Source of the DNA: an uncultured Oscillospiraceae bacterium
Lineage (GTDB): Bacteria > Bacillota > Clostridia > Oscillospirales > Oscillospiraceae
Assembly (NCBI GenBank): GCA_947584295.1
Contig: CANPWM010000002.1
Span: forward strand, 7,937 to 71,936
DNA length: 64,000 nucleotides
Reading direction: 5' to 3'
Part shown: positions 53,177 through 62,443 of the stretch, piece by piece
Position numbering within the stretch: position 1 is the stretch's first letter
Layout: each line of letters begins with the position of its first letter
Translations under genes and position numbers: made by a program
Notes under the pieces: model-generated
Database searches by the model: none
Told to the model about the DNA's origin: nothing
What the model saw: only the letters and a program-made list of their open reading frames with translations

Positions 53177-54349
53177 ATGAACGAGCAGGAATACGTACCC
53201 ACCCTGACCTTCGCCTCCACCCCGGTGACTCCGGCGGATCAGCAGGCGGCCGCCCAGACAGCCGCCGCCCAGGCCGCGGCGGAGCCGGAGGCCCCTGTCG
53301 TCACCGCCACCCAGCACGAGGAGAGCCAGCTCTCCGAGGCGGAGCTGAAGGCGGTGGAGGAGTTCTCCAAGAAGATCGACATCACCGACTCCAACGCCGT
53401 TTTGCAGTACGGCGCGGCCAGCCAGAAGAACATCGCCGACTTCTCCGGCACCACCCTCCAGAACGTCCGCACCAAGGACATGGGCCAGGTGGGCGATATG
53501 CTCTCAGACCTGGTGGTGGAGCTGAAGGGCTTCAACTACGGCGAGGAGGAGAAGAAGGGGCTTTTCGGCATCAAGCGGAAGATGGAGAAGCAGATCGCCT
53601 CCCTGAAGGCCCAGTACGACAAGGCCGAGGGGAACGTGGACAAGATCGCCGGTATGCTGGAGCAGCACCAGATCACCCTGCTGAAAGACGTGGCCACCCT
53701 GGACAAGATGTATGACCTGAACCTGGCCTACTACAAAGAGCTGACCATGTATATCCTGGCCGGTAAGAAAAAGCTGAAGGAATGTGAGGAGGTGGAGCTT
53801 CCCCGCCTCCAGGAGAAGGCCAGGACCTCCGGGCTTCCCGAGGACGCCCAGGCGGTGAACGACTATCAGAACATGATCACCCGCTTTGACAAGAAGCTCC
53901 ACGATCTGGAGCTGACGCGAATGATCTCCGTCCAGATGTCCCCCCAGATCCGCCTTATCCAGAATAACGACACCCTGATGGTGGAAAAGATACAGACGTC
54001 CCTGGTGAACACCATTCCCCTGTGGAAGAGCCAGATGGTGCTGGCCTTGGGCCAGGCCCACTCCCAGCAGGCCATGCAGGCCCAGCGGGAGGTCACCAAC
54101 ATGACCAACGAGCTTCTGAAGAAGAACGCCGAGATGCTGAAGATGGGCTCCGTGGAGATCGCCAAGGAGTCCGAGCGGGGCATCGTGGATATCGAGACGC
54201 TGAAGGCCACCAACCAGTCCCTCATCGAGACGCTGGAGGAGGTGCGCACCATCCAGGTGGAGGGCGCCGCCAAGCGCCGTCAGGCGGAGGCCGAGCTGGG
54301 CAAGATCGAGTCCGACCTGAAGGCCAAGCTCCTGGAGATCAATAAATGA
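53177..54349 (+). CDS. telA: toxic anion resistance protein TelA family
   Basis: 390 aa, all-helical, long coiled segments. Family-typical region DITDSNAVLQYGAASQKNIADFSG... Confidence 0.85.
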   Translation: MNEQEYVPTLTFASTPVTPADQQAAAQTAAAQAAAEPEAPVVTATQHEESQLSEAELKAVEEFSKKIDITDSNAVLQYGAASQKNIADFSGTTLQNVRTKDMGQVGDMLSDLVVELKGFNYGEEEKKGLFGIKRKMEKQIASLKAQYDKAEGNVDKIAGMLEQHQITLLKDVATLDKMYDLNLAYYKELTMYILAGKKKLKECEEVELPRLQEKARTSGLPEDAQAVNDYQNMITRFDKKLHDLELTRMISVQMSPQIRLIQNNDTLMVEKIQTSLVNTIPLWKSQMVLALGQAHSQQAMQAQREVTNMTNELLKKNAEMLKMGSVEIAKESERGIVDIETLKATNQSLIETLEEVRTIQVEGAAKRRQAEAELGKIESDLKAKLLEINK

Positions 54350-54945
54350 GCGCCGCCCAGGCAAAGGCGACCCACCCCATCCCGGAGGGCGCCGCCCTTC
54401 TCAAAAACCGCCGCTTCGCCGCCGGCATCTTGGCGGCGGCGGTGATCCTCGGCGTCCCGCTGGGCTCCGCCAGGAGCCTCCGGCACGCCGTCAACCGGGT
54501 GGAGAAGCAGTTCTTCACCGGCGTGGAGGGCCGCGGAGCCATCGCCGACTACCTGAAGGACGCCGTTGACGCCGCCCTGGGCCTTGTGACCGTGGGCGCC
54601 AAATACGACGCCGCCCTGGAGGAGACGGGGGAGCTGCGGTTTGACCGGTCCTGCCTCCTGGACGCCATGGAGGGGAAGAATGTCGCCGAATACGCCGCCG
54701 CCAACGCCCTGGTGGTCAAGTCCTTCGGGGCGCTGAAGGATAAGCTCTGGAGCCTGGAGCTTTCGGAGCAGGACGCCGCCGACGTGGAGTACTACGCCAA
54801 CCAGTTCGAGGGCGCCCAGGGGGCCGTCAGCCACGCCGGGTACAACGAGGCGGTGGAGGAATTTACGGAAAAGACCTATGACCGGTTCCCGGCCAGCCTG
54901 TTCGCCGGGCTTTTGGGCGTGGAAGCGCCCGAAAAGTTTGAGTAA
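54346..54945 (+). CDS. hypothetical membrane-anchored protein
   Basis: One N-terminal TM then a helical domain. Start overlaps the telA stop (ATGA). No LemA signature seen. Confidence 0.55.
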   Translation: MSAAQAKATHPIPEGAALLKNRRFAAGILAAAVILGVPLGSARSLRHAVNRVEKQFFTGVEGRGAIADYLKDAVDAALGLVTVGAKYDAALEETGELRFDRSCLLDAMEGKNVAEYAAANALVVKSFGALKDKLWSLELSEQDAADVEYYANQFEGAQGAVSHAGYNEAVEEFTEKTYDRFPASLFAGLLGVEAPEKFE

Positions 54946-54958
54946 TGAGGTGTATGCC

Positions 54959-55912
54959 TTGAAAAAAGCATTTTCCCTGGCGCTTCTCCTGTTTATGTGC
55001 CTGTGCCTTACCGTCCCCGCCCTGGGGCTGACCCAGGGGGAGAGCTTCTACGTCACCGACGAGACGGGTTCCCTGAGCCGGGACACCGTCGATGAGGTGG
55101 CGCGGCTCAACGAGGCGCTGGAGGAGAACTATCAGGCCCACGTCGTGGTGGCCTTTGTGGACTATTTCGGCGACGTGTACGCCGACGAGTACGCCGTGAG
55201 CCTTTATAACGAGTGGAGCCTCTCCCCCCGGGGCATGCTGCTGGTGGTCTCCCCCAAGGAGGGCCGGGGCGGCATGACGGTGGGTTCGGAGATCACGGAC
55301 GCCTTCACCGCCGACGACATCAACAGCTACCTTGACCGATATTTCTGGGACGACTTTGACAAGGGGAAATATGACAAGGCCGTGACAAAGCTGGTGGAGA
55401 AGCTCTCCGGGTGGTATGAGGACTACTACGGCCCCGTCTCCGGCGGCAGTCAGGCCCAAACCGGCGGAAGCTCCGCCTCCGGGGCGCTGGCGGGCCTGGG
55501 CCTTCTGGGCGTTATCCTGGGCTTTATCACCAGGAACCTTTTCATCATTCTGATCTTCGTGGCCATCATCGTGCTGATCGTCCTGGCGGACAGGCGGCGG
55601 TACCGGGGCTATTACAGATCCATCGGAATGCCGATCCCCCGGTATTACCCCTGGTATATGTTCACCGCCCGCCCCTACCGGGCCTACCGGCGGCCCAGGC
55701 CCGCGCGGCCTCCCACGCCGCCCCCCGGCGGCGGGTACAGGCCCCCCGCAAGACCGGCCTCCCGCCCCGCGCCCAGGCCCTCGCGTCCCTCCCGCCCCAG
55801 CGGCGGCGGACACTCCGGCGGCAGCTTCGGGGGCCGCGGCGGCAGCTCCGGCGGCTTCGGCGGACACTCCGGCGGCGGCCGCAGCGGCGGCAGCTTCGGC
55901 GGCAGACGGTAA
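54959..55912 (+). CDS. TPM domain-containing protein with C-terminal TM and Gly/Arg/Pro-rich tail
   Basis: TTG start (GAGGTG SD 8 nt upstream) gives the signal peptide MKKAFSLALLLFMCLCL. TPM-like YVTDETGSLS...VVVAFVDY...GMLLVVS. Tail GGGHSGGSFGGRGGSSGGFGG. Confidence 0.7.
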   Translation: MKKAFSLALLLFMCLCLTVPALGLTQGESFYVTDETGSLSRDTVDEVARLNEALEENYQAHVVVAFVDYFGDVYADEYAVSLYNEWSLSPRGMLLVVSPKEGRGGMTVGSEITDAFTADDINSYLDRYFWDDFDKGKYDKAVTKLVEKLSGWYEDYYGPVSGGSQAQTGGSSASGALAGLGLLGVILGFITRNLFIILIFVAIIVLIVLADRRRYRGYYRSIGMPIPRYYPWYMFTARPYRAYRRPRPARPPTPPPGGGYRPPARPASRPAPRPSRPSRPSGGGHSGGSFGGRGGSSGGFGGHSGGGRSGGSFGGRR

Positions 55913-55940
55913 AAAATTGAGGAAAAAGATAACAAAATCG

Positions 55941-55976
55941 AGAGGACAGGAAGAACCGTTCCTGTCCTCTTTTTTA
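55941..55976 (+). terminator. intrinsic terminator after the TPM gene
   Basis: GAGGACAGG-aagaaccgtt-CCTGTCCTC followed by TTTTTT. Confidence 0.8.
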
Positions 55977-56021
55977 ATGTCAAATGTCAAGTTTAATGTC
56001 GGGGGCCGAACCGGCGCCGTC

Positions 56022-56636
56022 TTATGACTCCTTCAGCTCCTGGTCGGTGTCCAGGATAAAGTGGTCGCAGCCGTTGATGACGGTGGTGGTGCGGTAGCGG
56101 CTGACCTGGGGGATATTGACGCCGTAGCTGCGGTGGATATGGCCGTGGATAAAATACCGGGGCCGGTATTTTTCGATCAGCTCCTGAAAGCACTCAAAGC
56201 CCCGGTGGGACAGGGTGTCGAAGTCGTTGAACCCCCGGATAGGGGCGTGGGCCACGATCATGTCCACCCCGCCGGCGCGGCGGAGCTTCCAGCGCAGCTT
56301 GTTGATGCGCTTCTCCATCTGGCGCTCGTTATACATGCTCCTGCCGGTCTTGTTGTATCGGTAGGAGCCGCCCAGGCCCAGGATCCGCAGGCCGTTGACG
56401 GTAATGATCTTGTCCTCCAGGCACTCGCACCCCTCCGGGGGCTTGTCGATGAGGGCGTCGTCGTGGTTGCCCCGCACGTACAGCAGGGGACAGTGGGCCA
56501 TGGTCACCAAAAATTCCAGGTAGTTGTGGCTCAGATCCCCGCAGGAGAGGATAAGGTCGAACTCGTCCAGCTTTCCGGGGCGGTAATAGTCGTAGTAGAC
56601 CGGCGCGGGATCGTCGGATACCACCAGTATCTTCAT
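56022..56636 (-). CDS. metallophosphoesterase (calcineurin-like)
   Basis: MKILVVSDD, SCGDL, VRGNHDD, VAHAP, HGHIH motifs. Confidence 0.8.
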   Translation of the reverse strand: MKILVVSDDPAPVYYDYYRPGKLDEFDLILSCGDLSHNYLEFLVTMAHCPLLYVRGNHDDALIDKPPEGCECLEDKIITVNGLRILGLGGSYRYNKTGRSMYNERQMEKRINKLRWKLRRAGGVDMIVAHAPIRGFNDFDTLSHRGFECFQELIEKYRPRYFIHGHIHRSYGVNIPQVSRYRTTTVINGCDHFILDTDQELKES

Positions 56637-56637
56637 A

Positions 56638-58584
56638 TCACGCTTCCCCTCCGGCTTCCTTCTCCGGCTTTTTGGCGCTCTCCACGCCGACGCTCTCCAC
56701 GGTGGCCTTGCCGGTGGGGGAAAGCTCCTCATAGACGGGGATCCGCCCCTCCACGTTCTCCACCAGGTAGTCCATGGCGGCGATCTCCTCCATCTCCAGG
56801 GGCTTTCCGGCCTCGCCAACGGCGGAGCCGCCCTGGATATGGATGGGGCCGATGAAGGGATCCACGATCCACCGGGAGATCCCGGCCCGCATATATCCCG
56901 CCAGCCGCCGGGTGCTTTCCGGCACCTCGTCGGTGAGCATCACGTCCACCGCCCCGGCGGACATGCCCCAGTAGTAGTTGATGGCCTTGCTGGAGCTCTC
57001 ATATTCCGCCTGGAGGGTACCGTTGAACACCTGGCGCAGCAGGCCCTCGTAGTAGACGCCCCAGTTCCAGATGGGGGCGGCGATGAGCTTTTTCGTGTCG
57101 CCGTTTATGTAGGAGAGGCCCAGGGCCTGGCCCGGCTCGTAGAGGCGGGCGTTGTCCATGGAGCTGATGAGGGTGATGCCGTTTTTCGTAAGCCTGGACA
57201 TGGCGGCGCTCCGTCCGCCCACGCTGGACCACTCCAGTTGGACCCTGGCGCGGGGATTGACCATGCGGGCGCCCAGGGCGAAGGCATTGATGCCGGCGAT
57301 CTGCCCGAAGATGGGGTAATCGCACACGTAGCCGATCCGCCCGTTCTCCGCCAGCGCCCCGGCCACCGCGCCGATGATGAATTTGGCCTCGTACATCCGG
57401 GCGTAATAGGTGCGCACATAGCGGTGGGACTTGTTGATGGAGCAGTTCATGATCAGCTTGTCGGGGTTCTCCACCGCCGCCCGCAGGGAGGCGGGCAACA
57501 GCACCGGGGAGGTGGTGAAGATCACGTCGCACAGCTCCTTCACCGCCTGGTCGATGGTCTCCTGGGGGCCCACGTCCATAGCGTTGAAGTAGGAGACAGT
57601 CTCGATCCTGTCCCCGAAGCGTTTCTCCACGTGCTGGCGGCCCTGCTCGTGGCCGTAGGTCCAGCCGGAGGTGACGGGATCCTTGTCGTGGACGAAGCCC
57701 ACCTTCAGCCCCCGGACGGCGTTGGTGGTGATGATGACCTTGGACAAGAGGCCGCCCTTGGGTTCCATGGGGGCGGGCTTCAGCTCGATAGGCTCCTTCT
57801 CCTGCTGGAGCATCAGCTCCTCCCACAGCTTGGACACGGACTTTTTCAGCTCCGCCGGCCCCTGCTCGCACAGATCCGCGAAGGAGTAGACCTTCATATA
57901 CGCCAAAAGGGCGTCGCCCACGGCGGAGGGGGGCATGGCCTTCCCGGCCCTGTCCTCAAAGGCCTCCCGGAAATAGTGGTAGACCGTGGAGAATTTGCGC
58001 CGCTCATCTTCCGTCCAGTATTCCTCCGGCTCCCGGCCCAGGAGCTTTAATATCTCCTTGTAGCTGCCCTTTTTGGTGAATTCCAGATAGTTCACCTTAG
58101 TGTATTTGTAAAAGTCCAGATATTCGTAATAGATATCCGTCTCGATGCCCGTCCCCCGCTCCGGCAATACCCGGGTCACGTCGGCCTGGATACTCACCGC
58201 GCCGAAGAATTTGAGGACGCTGACCCGCTTGTTGCCCTCCTGGACGTAGTAGCGGTTCATATACTCGTAGACCTTGATGGGATCCCGGATCCCGTCCCGC
58301 AGGTGGCTCTCGCACAGGGCGATCCACTTACCGGCAAACTCGCTGGTCTCGGACAGCACCGGCATGAAGTTCCTGGCGAAGCTGTTGGTGCGGCCGCGGG
58401 TCTTGGTACCCACGATGAATTCCACGGGAATGGACTCGATCCCCAGCTTCATGCCCAGGTTCACCCGCTCGTCGGCCACAAAATCGTCCAGCACCGGCAG
58501 GACGGGGCTGATGCCCTTGGCTACGCAGGCCCGGTATTCCTTCTGGCCAAGCTTCATAGCCTCTCTGTAATACTGATCTGACAT
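56638..58584 (-). CDS. fusion protein: ParB/Srx-like N-terminal domain + BMP (basic membrane protein/PnrA-like) periplasmic-binding-fold domain, no signal peptide
   Basis: N-terminal PIKVYEYMNRYYVQEGNKRVSVLKFFG resembles the ParB/sulfiredoxin core. The C-terminal 340 aa (KVGFVHDK...GWTYGHEQG...IGYVCDYPIFGQIAGINAFALGA) resemble the Bmp family. AAGGAG SD before ATG 58584. Confidence 0.65.
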   Translation of the reverse strand: MSDQYYREAMKLGQKEYRACVAKGISPVLPVLDDFVADERVNLGMKLGIESIPVEFIVGTKTRGRTNSFARNFMPVLSETSEFAGKWIALCESHLRDGIRDPIKVYEYMNRYYVQEGNKRVSVLKFFGAVSIQADVTRVLPERGTGIETDIYYEYLDFYKYTKVNYLEFTKKGSYKEILKLLGREPEEYWTEDERRKFSTVYHYFREAFEDRAGKAMPPSAVGDALLAYMKVYSFADLCEQGPAELKKSVSKLWEELMLQQEKEPIELKPAPMEPKGGLLSKVIITTNAVRGLKVGFVHDKDPVTSGWTYGHEQGRQHVEKRFGDRIETVSYFNAMDVGPQETIDQAVKELCDVIFTTSPVLLPASLRAAVENPDKLIMNCSINKSHRYVRTYYARMYEAKFIIGAVAGALAENGRIGYVCDYPIFGQIAGINAFALGARMVNPRARVQLEWSSVGGRSAAMSRLTKNGITLISSMDNARLYEPGQALGLSYINGDTKKLIAAPIWNWGVYYEGLLRQVFNGTLQAEYESSSKAINYYWGMSAGAVDVMLTDEVPESTRRLAGYMRAGISRWIVDPFIGPIHIQGGSAVGEAGKPLEMEEIAAMDYLVENVEGRIPVYEELSPTGKATVESVGVESAKKPEKEAGGEA

Positions 58585-58686
58585 GGGAAAACTCCTTTTC
58601 GCTGTTGTCAGCGCCATTTTATCACGGAAAGGGACGGGGCGCAAGACGGCTCCTCCGTCGGGCGCTTTTTCGCGCGGCCCGGGGCG

Positions 58687-59886
58687 TTATTTCTCCAGCC
58701 TGTCCCTGACGGCGCGGATAAATCCGGCGGTGGTGACCTTCTTCACGTCGGGGTCGGGGCAGAGCAGGGCCAGGTCGCCGGTCATGGTTCCGGCGTTGAT
58801 GGTGTCCAGAACGGCCCGCTCCAGCTTTTGCGCGAAGTCCGAAAGCGCCCGGTTGCCGTCCAGCTCCCCGCGCTTGTTGAGGGCGCCGGACCAGGCGAAG
58901 ATGGTGGCTACGGGGTTGGTGGAGGTCTGCTCGCCCTTTAAGTACCTGTAATAGTGCCGGGTGACGGTGCCGTGGGCGGCCTCATACTCAAAGTTCCCGT
59001 CGGGGGACACCAGCACCGAGGTCATCATGGCCAAAGAGCCGAAGGCGGTGGACACCATGTCGCTCATCACGTCGCCGTCGTAGTTCTTGCAGGCCCAGAT
59101 GAACCCGCCCTTGCTGCGTATGACCCGGGCCACCGCGTCGTCAATGAGGGTGTAGAAATACTCGATCCCGGCGGCCTTGAATTTCTCCGCGTACTCCGCG
59201 TCGAAGATGCGCTGGAAGATGAATTTGAAGGTCTGGTCGTACTGCTTGGAGATGGTGTCCTTGGTGGAGAACCAGAGATCCTGCCGGGTGGACAGGGCGT
59301 ACTCAAAGCAGCTCCGGGCGAAAGCCTCGATGGAGCTGTCCTTATTGAACATGGACTGCAAGACCCCGGGACACTCGTAGTCGTACACCGTCTGGCGGAA
59401 GCTTGCGCCGTCCTCGCCGGTGAAGAGAAGCTCCGCCCGGCCCGGGCCGGGGACACGGTACTCCGTGGCCTTGTAGACGTCGCCGTAGGCGTGGCGGGCG
59501 ATGGTGATGGGGGCCTGCCAGGTGTTCACCACCGGCTTTATGCGGCTCGTCATGATGGGGGCGCGGAAAACCGTGCCGTCCAGGGCCGCCCTGATGGTGG
59601 CGTTGGGGCTTTTCCACATCTCGTGGAGCTTATACTCCTCCACCCGCTGGGCGTTGGGGGTGATGGTGGCGCATTTGACGGCCACATGGAGCCTCTTGGC
59701 GGCCTCGGCGGCCTCCACCGTCACCCGGTCGCCTGTGGCGTCCCGGTGGGGCAGGCCCAGGTCGTAATATTCCGTGTTCAGCTCCACAAAGGGGGAGAGA
59801 AGCTGATCCTTGATCTCCTGCCAGATGATCCTGGTCATCTCGTCCCCGTCCATCTCCACGATGGGGTTCATGTTAATTTTAGACAT
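58687..59886 (-). CDS. icd: NADP-dependent isocitrate dehydrogenase (about 400-aa IDH1-like type)
   Basis: NPIVEMDGDEMTRIIW, KCATITP, SPNATIRA and RHYYRYLKGE motifs of the eukaryotic-like homodimeric IDH subfamily. Confidence 0.95.
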   Translation of the reverse strand: MSKINMNPIVEMDGDEMTRIIWQEIKDQLLSPFVELNTEYYDLGLPHRDATGDRVTVEAAEAAKRLHVAVKCATITPNAQRVEEYKLHEMWKSPNATIRAALDGTVFRAPIMTSRIKPVVNTWQAPITIARHAYGDVYKATEYRVPGPGRAELLFTGEDGASFRQTVYDYECPGVLQSMFNKDSSIEAFARSCFEYALSTRQDLWFSTKDTISKQYDQTFKFIFQRIFDAEYAEKFKAAGIEYFYTLIDDAVARVIRSKGGFIWACKNYDGDVMSDMVSTAFGSLAMMTSVLVSPDGNFEYEAAHGTVTRHYYRYLKGEQTSTNPVATIFAWSGALNKRGELDGNRALSDFAQKLERAVLDTINAGTMTGDLALLCPDPDVKKVTTAGFIRAVRDRLEK

Positions 59887-59907
59887 ACTTTTTACCTCAC
59901 TTCAAAT

Positions 59908-60014
59908 TTTGGGGCCCCCGCGCGATCATGATCGCGTGGGGAAAGGAGGAGCGAAGTCAGCGAGTGAGCCGCGCCGTGAGCGGCACGGGGAGCTATCGCG
60001 ACTTCCGCGACGAC
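59908..60014 (-). repeat. R2 structured repeat, copy e (overlaps the acn 3' end)
   Basis: The reverse complement reads GTCGTCGCGG-AAGTC...GACTT-CGCTCCTCCTTTCCCC-ACGCGATCatGATCGCGCGGGGGCCCCAAAAT. The first 22 nt encode the last 7 codons and the stop of acn. Confidence 0.8.
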
Positions 60015-62227
60015 GCATACCAGTTCATGAGGCAGCCCTCAAGAATAATTTCACGTTCTTTTTGCGTAAGCTCCGGGAGCTTCAGGGTGATGTCCGTCAC
60101 CCGGCCGCCGGAGAGGGCCTTGGCGGGGATCTCCCGCGCGCCGGACTCCACGGCCTTTTTCACGCCGGGGACGTAGATAAGGTCGCCGGGTTCAAAGGGG
60201 AAATCGGCGTCCCCGTCGATGTTGAAGGGCAGCATGCCCCAGTTGATGCAGTTGGAGCGGTAACGCTTGGTGGCGTACTCATAGCAGATGTTGGCCCCGC
60301 CGCCCAGCACCCGCTGGCAGGAGGCCGCCTGCTCCCGGGCGGAGCCGTCGCCGGGGCGGTTGGCGAAGATGGCGGAGGCCAGGGCGGTGTTCTCCACGTC
60401 CGTGACGCCCAGCTTCTCGAAGGCGGCCAGCAGCGCCCCGTCCGGGGCCTTGCTCCCCCGCTCCCGAATGGCGTTGGCCCGGCCCACATAGGCCGGATCC
60501 CGGCGGGAGAGGGCGAAGGTGGCCAGCTTCAGGGGGTTGGAGCGGTAGCTGGAGGTGTCGCCGGAGGGGATCAGCTCGTCGGTGGTGGTCACCGGGTCCC
60601 GGAGGACGCTGGCCAGCTCCAGGACGATATTCTCCTTCAGGGCCGGAATGGCGGGCCATTCGGTGATGTTGGGGCCAAGGCGCAGCTCCTCCTCCGGGTG
60701 GGGGTCGCCAAAGCCGTTATAGACGCGTTTATCGTAGGCGCTCCTGTCGTACCGGCGCTCTACCGGGGCGGGGGGCGTGTAGTCGATCTCGTCCGCGCCG
60801 GTGAGTACGCCGCCGTTTCGCGCCGTGGCGGCGATGGAGCGGGCGTCCATCAGGGCCACGCAGGAGAGCTGTCCCTCCGCCGGTTTCGACCCCTCCCGGT
60901 TGGGGAAGTTGCGGGTGCAGTGGCGGATAGAGAGGCCGCTGTTCACCGGCACGTCCCCCGCGCCGAAGCAGGGGCCGCAGAAGCAGGGCTTGAACACCGC
61001 CCCCATGGCGGTGAGGCGCTGGGTCACGCCGTTGTTCATCAGCTCCATGGCCACGGGCAGGCTGGGCGGGTAGACCGTCAGGCCGAAATATCCCGCGCCG
61101 ATGCCGCCGGAGGCCAGAATGGCCGCGGCCTCGGCGATGTTGTCGTACATACCGCCGGAGCATCCGGCGATAACGCCCTGATCCACGTAGAGCCGGCCGT
61201 TTTTGACCTTGCTCACCAGATCCAGCTTCACCTTGCCCTTGAACTTCCCCTGGGCGGACTTCTCCGTTTCCCGGAGGATATCGGTGAGGTTGGCCTTCAG
61301 CTCCCGAATGGTGTACGCCTCGCTGGGGTGGAAGGGCAGGGCGATCATAGGCTCCACCGTGGAGAGGTCGATCTCCACGCAGGCGTCGTAATAGGCCCCC
61401 TCCCCCGGCTCCAGCTTCTTATAGTCCCCGGGCCGCCCGTGGACGCGGTAATATTCCTCCACCCTGCTGTCCGTCTGCCAGATGGAGCTTAAACAGGCCG
61501 TCTCGGTGGTCATCACGTCGATGCCGATGCGGAAATCCATGGGCAGGCTCTCGAGGCCGGGGCCGGCGAACTCCAGGACGGAGTTGAGGACGAAATTGTT
61601 CTTGTACGTGGCGCCGCACAGGGCGATGGCCACGTCCTGGGGGCCTACGCCCCTTCGGGGCGCGCCGGTGAGATACACCAGCACCGTCCGGGGATAGGCC
61701 ACGTCGTAGGTGGCCTCCAAAAGCTGCTTGACGATCTCCGGGCCGCCCTCGCCCACGCCCATGGTACCCAGCGCGCCGTAGCGGGTGTGGCTGTCGGAGC
61801 CTAAGATCATTTTGCCGCACCCGGCCAGCTCCTCCCGGGCGTACTGGTGGATAACGGCGAAGGAGGGGGGTACGAAAATACCGCCGTATTTCCGGGCCGC
61901 CGAAAGGCCGAAGGCGTGGTCGTCGGCGTTGATGGTGCCGCCTACGGCGCACAGGCTGTTGTGGCAGTTGGTCATGACGTAGGGCACCGGGAACCGCTGA
62001 AGGCCGCTGCCCTTGGCCGTCTGAAGGATACCCACATAGGTGATGTCGTGGGAGATGAGACTGTCGAAGGCGATACGCAGGTTTTTCCCGTCCGTCCCTT
62101 TGTCATGGGCGGACAAAATGGCGTGGGCGATAGTCTTTTTCCGCCCCGCCTCCGGGTCCTGCCCGGGCGCTTCAAAGACGGGCCTGCCGCCCAGATAATA
62201 GGTTCCCTTGTCGTGTAATGTGACCAT
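59993..62227 (-). CDS. acn: aconitate hydratase (monomeric Fe-S hydro-lyase)
   Basis: 744 aa. GSDSHT, CGPCFG and NREGS-type motifs. The C-terminal 7 residues (ASSRKSR) are read from repeat sequence. Confidence 0.9.
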   Translation of the reverse strand: MVTLHDKGTYYLGGRPVFEAPGQDPEAGRKKTIAHAILSAHDKGTDGKNLRIAFDSLISHDITYVGILQTAKGSGLQRFPVPYVMTNCHNSLCAVGGTINADDHAFGLSAARKYGGIFVPPSFAVIHQYAREELAGCGKMILGSDSHTRYGALGTMGVGEGGPEIVKQLLEATYDVAYPRTVLVYLTGAPRRGVGPQDVAIALCGATYKNNFVLNSVLEFAGPGLESLPMDFRIGIDVMTTETACLSSIWQTDSRVEEYYRVHGRPGDYKKLEPGEGAYYDACVEIDLSTVEPMIALPFHPSEAYTIRELKANLTDILRETEKSAQGKFKGKVKLDLVSKVKNGRLYVDQGVIAGCSGGMYDNIAEAAAILASGGIGAGYFGLTVYPPSLPVAMELMNNGVTQRLTAMGAVFKPCFCGPCFGAGDVPVNSGLSIRHCTRNFPNREGSKPAEGQLSCVALMDARSIAATARNGGVLTGADEIDYTPPAPVERRYDRSAYDKRVYNGFGDPHPEEELRLGPNITEWPAIPALKENIVLELASVLRDPVTTTDELIPSGDTSSYRSNPLKLATFALSRRDPAYVGRANAIRERGSKAPDGALLAAFEKLGVTDVENTALASAIFANRPGDGSAREQAASCQRVLGGGANICYEYATKRYRSNCINWGMLPFNIDGDADFPFEPGDLIYVPGVKKAVESGAREIPAKALSGGRVTDITLKLPELTQKEREIILEGCLMNWYASSRKSR

Positions 62228-62369
62228 GTCATCACCTCATCAATGTATATACGGAAAGTATACCAGCTTTTCGCCGGTGTTTCAATACCTCCGCTTTGTT
62301 TGTTTGCATAAAAGTTCCCGCCGATTCTCTCCCCGGTTTTGGTCAAAGATGAATTTCTGTATATAAAAC

Positions 62370-62398
62370 TTGCAATTTTTCCTATGGGGGATTATAAT
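62370..62398 (+). promoter_or_regulatory. sigma-A promoter of citrate synthase
   Basis: TTGCAA, 17 bp, TATAAT (62393-62398). Confidence 0.6.
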
Positions 62399-62443
62399 AA
62401 ATCCTGTATCACGGGGATATTCCCCGGCTGTAACCCTCGGAAA

